A stretch of DNA of 64,000 bases from Candidatus Aminicenantes bacterium. Its GTDB lineage: Bacteria > Acidobacteriota > Aminicenantia > Aminicenantales > Saccharicenantaceae. The stretch spans positions 3,061-67,060 of the forward strand of contig PNJE01000009.1 of the NCBI GenBank assembly GCA_002877915.1, written 5' to 3'. The position numbers and the translations under genes were made by a program. Position 1 is the first letter of the stretch. Every line of letters starts with the position of its first letter. Below are positions 58,714-64,000 of the stretch, piece after piece. The notes below the pieces were generated by a model. The model made no database searches and was not told the origin of the DNA. It saw only the letters and a list, made by a program, of their open reading frames with translations.

Positions 58714-59202
58714 ATGATAATACAAATTATATTGCTTGTTGGCCTGGTCATCTTCGCCGGCCTGGCTATTCTGGCCAAAGACCTTCTAAAAGCAGCTCTT
58801 TCCTTAGCTGTGGCCAGCCTGTTCCTCGGAATAATTTTCTTCCGGCTCAGCGCTCCCTATGCCGGAGTATTCGAGATTTCAGTCGTGGCCGGACTAATCA
58901 CTGTTCTCTTTGCCCTGACCATTTCTCTGACCAGGAAAAATGATCAGGTGCAGGAAGCCCGGCTGGTAAAAATTGCTTTTCCTCTGTTTTTCATCCTGTT
59001 TTTAATTATAGATGGGCTGGTAATGAAATCTCTCCTGCTGAAAGTACCCGCCTTGCCGGCCGGCCCAGAAGCAGGAACTTTTGGTCAGGTTCTTTGGAAG
59101 CAGCGGACCTTTGATTTGATTGCCCAGATCGGCGTCATCCTGGCCGGCGTTTTGGCCGTGCTGGCTTTATTCCGAAAGAAGGAAGAAGATAAAGATGAGT
59201 AA
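58714..59202 (+). CDS. MbhD/MbhE-like (DUF4040, MrpB-related; NuoJ-equivalent) membrane subunit
   Basis: 162 aa with 4-5 TM helices. The segment RLSAPYAGVFEISVVAGLITVLFAL resembles the DUF4040 signature (APDVALTEAAVGAG..TVLF). Confidence 0.65.
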   Translation: MIIQIILLVGLVIFAGLAILAKDLLKAALSLAVASLFLGIIFFRLSAPYAGVFEISVVAGLITVLFALTISLTRKNDQVQEARLVKIAFPLFFILFLIIDGLVMKSLLLKVPALPAGPEAGTFGQVLWKQRTFDLIAQIGVILAGVLAVLALFRKKEEDKDE

Positions 59203-59503
59203 CCTCTGGTTTTTATACTTATTTTTCTCAGCCCTTCTGATATTTATAGGTATATATTGCCTCCTGACCATGCGCAATTTGATTAAGCTCTTTATTGCCA
59301 TTGAAATCATCAGCAAAGGAGTAAGCCTGGCCCTGGTGGCTACAGGAGCAGTTCAACATACCATTCTACTAGCTCAAAGCCTGGTGATTACCTACATTGT
59401 GGTCGAAGTTAGTTTAGTGGCTACGGCCCTAGCCCTGATAATAAATATTTATAAAAAGAATAAAAGCCTCGATGTTCGGCTACTTTCTAAATTGAAGGGA
59501 TGA
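59195..59503 (+). CDS. NuoK / MrpC / MbhG-like small membrane subunit
   Basis: 102 aa from the ATG at 59195 (MSNLWFLYLFF...). The track's 59120 start lies inside the upstream gene. Three TM helices with membrane glutamates (IAIEII, VVEVS). Confidence 0.85.
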   Translation: MSNLWFLYLFFSALLIFIGIYCLLTMRNLIKLFIAIEIISKGVSLALVATGAVQHTILLAQSLVITYIVVEVSLVATALALIINIYKKNKSLDVRLLSKLKG

Positions 59504-59838
59504 CCATGAGAGGATTAGAGTTTTTGCTTTCACCTCCGGTTGCCTTCTTTTTCTTCCTGGCCTTCGCCTTTTTGCTCTATGCCCTGGGGCGTAAGATGGC
59601 CCCTGGACTCAAACCCTCTAAGGGAAAATTGTCCACTTACGCTTGCGGCGAAGACATCCCGGGAGTCAAGGTTCAGTTTGGCTTCCGCTTGTTTTACACC
59701 TTTGCCTTGTTTTTCACCATTATGCATGTGGCGGCTTTAGTAATATCTACTGTTCCGATGGGAAAAATAGTATTTTTTGCTATAATTTATCTGGCCACGA
59801 TCTTTCTGGCGATCCTGGCCCTGATAACAAGGAGCTGA
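59500..59838 (+). CDS. NuoA-like small membrane subunit
   Basis: 112 aa with 3 TM helices. The loop motif YACGED corresponds to the NuoA Y(E)CG motif. ATGA overlap with the upstream gene. Confidence 0.65.
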   Translation: MTMRGLEFLLSPPVAFFFFLAFAFLLYALGRKMAPGLKPSKGKLSTYACGEDIPGVKVQFGFRLFYTFALFFTIMHVAALVISTVPMGKIVFFAIIYLATIFLAILALITRS

Positions 59839-59839
59839 G

Positions 59840-60259
59840 ATGCTGACAAAACTTACCCGCTGGTCACGGCTTAAATCACCCTGGATTCTCCATCTTAATA
59901 CCGGCGCCTGTAACGCTTGCGATATCGAGGTAGTGGCCGCCCTGACCCCTCGGTTTGATGTAGAACGCTTTGGCATCCTGCTTAAAGCTACCCCCCGTCA
60001 TGCTGACGTCATTATTTGCACCGGCCCGGCTACCCGGCAGATGAAAGATAGACTAATAAGAATTTATGAACAGACCCCGGAACCAAAATTTGTCATTGCT
60101 GCTGGAGCCTGCGCCATGTCCGGCTGCGTTTATCGGGGCGCTTATAATGTGATTGGTGGAATTGACCAACTGATTCCGGTGGATGTCTATGTTCCCGGCT
60201 GCCCGGTTAGGCCAGATGCGGTCATCGATGCGGTGGTTAAGCTTTTGAATAAACTTTGA
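59840..60259 (+). CDS. group-4 [NiFe]-hydrogenase small subunit (NuoB/MbhJ/EchC-like)
   Basis: 139 aa. Four Cys for one [4Fe-4S] cluster: GACNACDIE, GACAMSG, VPGCPVRP. Confidence 0.92.
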   Translation: MLTKLTRWSRLKSPWILHLNTGACNACDIEVVAALTPRFDVERFGILLKATPRHADVIICTGPATRQMKDRLIRIYEQTPEPKFVIAAGACAMSGCVYRGAYNVIGGIDQLIPVDVYVPGCPVRPDAVIDAVVKLLNKL

Positions 60260-60273
60260 TTTTTGAGGTTAAG

Positions 60274-60747
60274 ATGAATGACCAGATTTTAATAGAAAAA
60301 GCTAAAGAAGGACTTAAAGAAAAAATTTTAAATATTGCCAATCCGGCTCCCCGCCGTATTTTTTTAAAGGTGGCGGTGGACAACCTGCTCGAGACTATAA
60401 GCTGGCTTAAAAACGAACAGGGCTTCACCCACCTTTCGACCATTAGCGGCGTCGACCTGGGGCCGTCGTTTGAAATCCTTTACCATTTTGCTAATAATTT
60501 TTGTTCATTTACTATCAGGACTGAAATTCCCAGAGATAATCCTTCACTGCCGAGTATCTGCCAGCTAATTCCTGGAGCCATTCTTTATGAGCGTGAGCTT
60601 CAGGATATGTTAGGCCTTAACGTGCAAAATATTCCTGATCCGCGACCTCTTCTCCTGCCTGATGACTGGCCTGCAGGGAACTATCCCCTAAGAAAAGATT
60701 GGAAATTCGAACGTCCAGCTGAAGTCATTCCAGGAGGCAAAAAATGA
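60274..60747 (+). CDS. NuoC/MbhK-like subunit
   Basis: 157 aa from the ATG at 60274 (GAGG 6 nt upstream). The track's TTG at 60256 is also possible. 30-kDa-subunit pattern (ERELQDMLGL, LLLPDDWP...YPLRKD). Confidence 0.88.
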   Translation: MNDQILIEKAKEGLKEKILNIANPAPRRIFLKVAVDNLLETISWLKNEQGFTHLSTISGVDLGPSFEILYHFANNFCSFTIRTEIPRDNPSLPSICQLIPGAILYERELQDMLGLNVQNIPDPRPLLLPDDWPAGNYPLRKDWKFERPAEVIPGGKK

Positions 60748-61946
60748 ATTTTCAAATACCGATAGGCCCACAGCACCCAGCTTTAAAAGAACCTATTGGG
60801 CTGCGGATAACCGTCGATGGAGAGATTATCCGCGAGGCCGATCTCCGGCTGGGTTATAATCATCGAGGAATTGAAAAGCTGGCTGAAAGTAAAACCTGGA
60901 TTCAAAATATTTATCTCATGGAGCGCATCTGTGGCATCTGTTCTCATTCTCACACCACCTGTTATGTGCAGGGAGTTGAAAAGCTGATGGAGATTCAGGC
61001 GCCCAAACGCGGACTTTATATCCGAACCTTAGTGGCCGAACTGGAAAGGATTCATAGCCATCTGCTGTGGTTGGGGGTGGCCGGTCATGAAGCAGGCTTT
61101 GATAGTTTCTTCATGTATGTCTGGCGTGACCGCGAGATTGTCATGGATATTCTGGAAATTATTTCCGGTAATCGTGTCCATTATGCCATTAACACGATAG
61201 GGGGAGTGCGCCGTGACCTGGATGAGCTTCAGGTGAAAAATATTCTTGATTCTTTATCGGTTTTACGAAAGAGAAGTGAATATTATTTAAACCTTGGCAC
61301 CACCGAACCAAGCTTTGTGGCCAGGTTAGCTGGGGTTGGTTATCTTTCTAAGGAAGATGCCCTGGCTCTGTGCGCCGTCGGGCCTACCTTGAGGGCCTCC
61401 GGGGTACCCATGGATGTTAGAAAAGATGATCCTTATGCGGTTTATGACGAGGTCCCATTTGAAGTCTGCACCGCTGACACCGGCGACGTGTTAGGACGGA
61501 CGGTGGTGAGAATAAAAGAGCTTTTCCAGAGCTATAATATTATCGAATACCTGCTCAAAAATTTGCCCACTGGTCCGATTGCTGTCCGGGCCCCCAGGCG
61601 ACCAAAATCCAACGAAGTCGTTAGCCGCTATGAAGCACCCCGAGGAGAAAATATTCACTATATTAAAAGCAACGGCACAGAAAAACCGGAGAGATTAAAA
61701 GTTAGGGCTCCGACTCTCGGTAATTATGCGGCCACCATTAAAATGCTAAAAAATGGCTTTATCGCCGATGTCCCCTTGATTTTTGCGGCCATCGACCCCT
61801 GTATCTGCTGTGCCGAAAGAGCGGTGGCCATCGTTGACGCCAGAACCGGACAGGAAAAAATTGTTTCCACCAGCAGTTTGAAACAATTGAAACAGAATGT
61901 TTCTCCTAATAAAGAAAGAAAGAGGGAAGTGGTATGGCCACTGTAA
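60744..61946 (+). CDS. group-4 [NiFe]-hydrogenase large (catalytic) subunit (NuoD/MbhL/EchE-like)
   Basis: 400 aa. N-terminal ligand motif RICGICSHSH and C-terminal motif DPCICCAER. A 40-aa extension follows the Arg, consistent with endoproteolytic maturation. Confidence 0.93.
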   Translation: MNFQIPIGPQHPALKEPIGLRITVDGEIIREADLRLGYNHRGIEKLAESKTWIQNIYLMERICGICSHSHTTCYVQGVEKLMEIQAPKRGLYIRTLVAELERIHSHLLWLGVAGHEAGFDSFFMYVWRDREIVMDILEIISGNRVHYAINTIGGVRRDLDELQVKNILDSLSVLRKRSEYYLNLGTTEPSFVARLAGVGYLSKEDALALCAVGPTLRASGVPMDVRKDDPYAVYDEVPFEVCTADTGDVLGRTVVRIKELFQSYNIIEYLLKNLPTGPIAVRAPRRPKSNEVVSRYEAPRGENIHYIKSNGTEKPERLKVRAPTLGNYAATIKMLKNGFIADVPLIFAAIDPCICCAERAVAIVDARTGQEKIVSTSSLKQLKQNVSPNKERKREVVWPL

Positions 61947-62905
61947 GAACGCTGGTTTATTTATTTATCTATCCGGGGCTTCTCTTTATTTTCATTTATT
62001 CTACCTTCTGCGAGTGGTATGATCGTAAACTTTATGCCCGGCTTCAAAATCGAATGGGACCAACCCATACCGGACGTGGGGGAATTCTGCAGCCTATAGC
62101 TGACTTTTTCAAGCTAATGTCTAAGGAAGATATTGTTCCGGAACGCGCTGACAAGGGGATGTTTTCTGCTCTGCCGGCGTTTGGCCTGGCTATAGTTTCT
62201 ACCGCTATGCTTCTTATCCCGGTCTGGAATTACCAACTTAGCCAGCCTTCTTTAATCTCCTTCAATGGAGACCTGATAGTACTTCTCTACCTTTTGACCC
62301 TGCCCACTTTTATCTTTTTCTTGGCCGGCTGGTCATCTACCAATCTCTTTTCGACTATCGGGGCTACCAGAGTATTAACGATGCTGTTTGGCTATGAGGT
62401 CCCGCTTTTCTTAGCTGTGCTAAGCCCGGCGATCCTGGCCAATTCCTGGCGCCTGGCTGAGATTGCCGCTTTTTATCGCCAGCGGCCGTGGCTAATGCTG
62501 GTTAACCTTCTGGGGTTCGTCATCGCTTTAATCTCTGTCCAGGCAAAGCTCGAACGAACTCCTTTCGATATTCCTCACGCTGAAACTGAAATCGTAGGGG
62601 GCACCTTCACCGAATATTCTGGAAAAAAGTTAGCCCTGTTCCGGTTAATGCTGGATGTAGAACTGGTGGTTGCCTCGGCGCTACTGGCGACGGTTTTTCT
62701 TGGTGGTTTCCCCGGGGGTTTCTGGCTTGGGCTTCTTAATTTCATTATCAAAACCCTGGTGGTGATATTTATCCTTAGCCTAATCCGGGCCACCACCAGC
62801 AGAATAAGAGTAGATCAGGTAGTATCATTTTCCTGGAGATATCTGGCTCCCTTAGCCGTGCTCCAGCTTTTAATCGTCATCCTGGTTAAGGGGTTAATCT
62901 CATGA
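61934..62905 (+). CDS. NuoH/MbhM/HycD-like membrane subunit
   Basis: 323 aa with ~8 TM helices. Motifs DRKLYARLQNRMGP, ERTPFDIPHAETEIVGG. Confidence 0.92.
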   Translation: MATVRTLVYLFIYPGLLFIFIYSTFCEWYDRKLYARLQNRMGPTHTGRGGILQPIADFFKLMSKEDIVPERADKGMFSALPAFGLAIVSTAMLLIPVWNYQLSQPSLISFNGDLIVLLYLLTLPTFIFFLAGWSSTNLFSTIGATRVLTMLFGYEVPLFLAVLSPAILANSWRLAEIAAFYRQRPWLMLVNLLGFVIALISVQAKLERTPFDIPHAETEIVGGTFTEYSGKKLALFRLMLDVELVVASALLATVFLGGFPGGFWLGLLNFIIKTLVVIFILSLIRATTSRIRVDQVVSFSWRYLAPLAVLQLLIVILVKGLIS

Positions 62906-63312
62906 AGATTGGAGCTTTTATTCCCGAACTCCTCAGGCATTTAGCTAAAAAACCGGCCACAGTTGACTATCCTTTTAAAAAATTAGAAGTGCCCAAGGGA
63001 TTCCGTGGGTCTCCCTATTTAAAGCCGGAATTATGCATCGTTTGCCGCGCTTGCGAACGTGATTGCCCGGCTGAAGCCATCGAAATTACCTCTCTCAGCG
63101 AGGCGGAAAAGAAGTTTAGGATGATTATTCATAATGATCGTTGCGTTCATTGCGCCCAATGCGTTGATTCCTGCCCGACCGGAGCCATGTTGATAGATAC
63201 CAGATTTGAAATAGCCGATTATGACCGGCACAATCTGAAAATGCAATGGGATTACATCCGGGCAGTGGTCAAGCCAAAATCTGAGCCCAAAAGTGACCAG
63301 GCCAAATCTTAA
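62902..63312 (+). CDS. NuoI/MbhN-like 2x[4Fe-4S] ferredoxin subunit
   Basis: 136 aa. CIVCRACERDCP and CVHCAQCVDSCP. Confidence 0.92.
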   Translation: MKIGAFIPELLRHLAKKPATVDYPFKKLEVPKGFRGSPYLKPELCIVCRACERDCPAEAIEITSLSEAEKKFRMIIHNDRCVHCAQCVDSCPTGAMLIDTRFEIADYDRHNLKMQWDYIRAVVKPKSEPKSDQAKS

Positions 63313-63372
63313 AAATTTAATTTAAAGATATTAAATATAAAAAGAAAGGGAAGGGAAAAAGAAGAGCCGGCA

Positions 63373-63876
63373 ATGGCGGAAAATTGGCAGGCCTCGCTGA
63401 GTAAAGGACTGGCTGACCTGGAAAGGCTCGTGGTTCTGGGAACAGGTAATGCCTTGAAAGCAGATGATGCCGCCGGCCTGCTGGTAGTTAGCCTGCTCGA
63501 TCACCATCTTACCAGACGTCAAAAATCCAAAGTGAAAGTGCTCAGAGCTTATGAAATAATAGATGCCATTTTAAAAAAAATCAAAAACTTAAAACCATCA
63601 CACTTAATAATTGTGGACGCTATTAACCTTGGTAAAAAACCTGGCACCATCATCGCCACCAAAATTGAACCGGAGAAAAAAAGAAGGAAAAAAGCTGGAG
63701 GAGAGTTTTATTCTTTTTTAGACAAGCTTTCCACTGAAACCGCCTGCCAAATCTATTTTCTCGGAATTCAGCCAGAAACCTTAGACTTCGGGCATCCTAT
63801 TACTTCTTCAGTTAAGGAAGCCGCCAAAAAAATCGCTGACTTTATCTCTCGTCTGGCGAGCGGAAAAGTCAACTAA
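63373..63876 (+). CDS. HycI/HybD-family hydrogenase maturation endopeptidase-like protein
   Basis: 167 aa. LGTGNALKADDAAGLLV (GxGNxxxxDD), IIVDAINLGKKPGT, FLGIQPETLDFG. The usual metal-ligand His region is replaced by a basic insert (EPEKKRRKKAGGEFYSF). Confidence 0.8.
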   Translation: MAENWQASLSKGLADLERLVVLGTGNALKADDAAGLLVVSLLDHHLTRRQKSKVKVLRAYEIIDAILKKIKNLKPSHLIIVDAINLGKKPGTIIATKIEPEKKRRKKAGGEFYSFLDKLSTETACQIYFLGIQPETLDFGHPITSSVKEAAKKIADFISRLASGKVN

Positions 63877-63884
63877 TCCACCAT

Positions 63885-64000
63885 TTATATTTTCATTGGC
63901 ATTAAAATATAGAGATAATGGCCTTTTTCTTCTTCTTCTGGCCTGATTAAAACGGCGCTGTTTTCATCTTTAATCTCAAACCTGACCTTTTCTGATCCTA
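63885..64000 (-). CDS. 3' end of an unidentified minus-strand gene running off the window
   Basis: Hand translation gives ...GSEKVRFEIKDENSAVLIRPEEEEKGHYLYILMPMKI*. The frame is open to the window edge and the stop TAA is at 63887-63885. Family not recognised. Confidence 0.3.
   Translation of the reverse strand, partial: GSEKVRFEIKDENSAVLIRPEEEEKGHYLYILMPMKI

Noticed and set aside
59120-59194. Upstream extension of the NuoK-like ORF offered by the ORF track (start 59120).
   Set aside because: The extension is the out-of-frame 3' end of the preceding MbhD/E-like gene. The ATG at 59195 gives the normal ~100-aa three-helix protein.
1-64000. CRISPR arrays, rRNA/tRNA genes, prophage or defence islands.
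   Set aside because: Reading all intergenic regions over 100 bp, I saw no regularly spaced direct repeats, no cloverleaf-compatible GC-rich ~75-nt segments, and no nuclease, RT, integrase or capsid-like ORFs. This is by-eye inspection only, so short or degenerate elements could be missed.

Overview
A gene-dense chromosomal segment from a moderately AT-rich bacterium, standard genetic code. TGA is used as a stop and in many ATGA stop/start overlaps. It is almost certainly diderm (KdsC, three TolC-family genes, Tat signal, lipobox) and probably anaerobic (ferredoxin-type modules, membrane-bound [NiFe]-hydrogenase). I cannot assign taxonomy from sequence alone. Left to right: hisS (5'-truncated by the window) and aspS; a pair of exported M16 peptidases; an APC permease; manC-like, PMM/PGM, kdsC and pyrG; a decayed transposase remnant. 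Next comes a ten-gene, tightly overlapping origin-proximal-type string on the minus strand: rpmH (absent from the ORF track, found by hand), rnpA, yidD, yidC, jag, mnmE, mnmG, parA, parB, bactofilin. It carries a perfect 16-bp parS-like palindrome just upstream of parA. Then carD, a CNNM/CorC protein, smpB; pdxA plus an Sm/Hfq-like protein; a CusCBA-type heavy-metal RND operon whose pump gene is frameshifted. A seven-gene ECF sigma / anti-sigma / LTXXQ / MacAB / TolC operon follows. After it come archaeal-type apgM (carrying what looks like a compensated double frameshift), an AMIN-amidase, a Tat-exported DUF362 protein coupled to a NapH-like membrane polyferredoxin, yceD-rpmF-plsX-fabG-acpP-fabF, polA and a GNAT-like gene. 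The window ends with a 12-gene membrane-bound group-4 [NiFe]-hydrogenase operon holding a near-complete complex-I-like subunit set: three antiporter-like subunits including a NuoL-type with a lateral-helix-like tail, J-, K- and A-like subunits, B, C, D(NiFe), H, I, and a HycI-like protease. I saw no rRNA, tRNA, CRISPR array, intact mobile element or recognisable defence system. The hydrogenase operon and the DUF362/polyferredoxin pair are the best candidates for under-described biology. All family calls rest on motif recognition by eye, not database searches.
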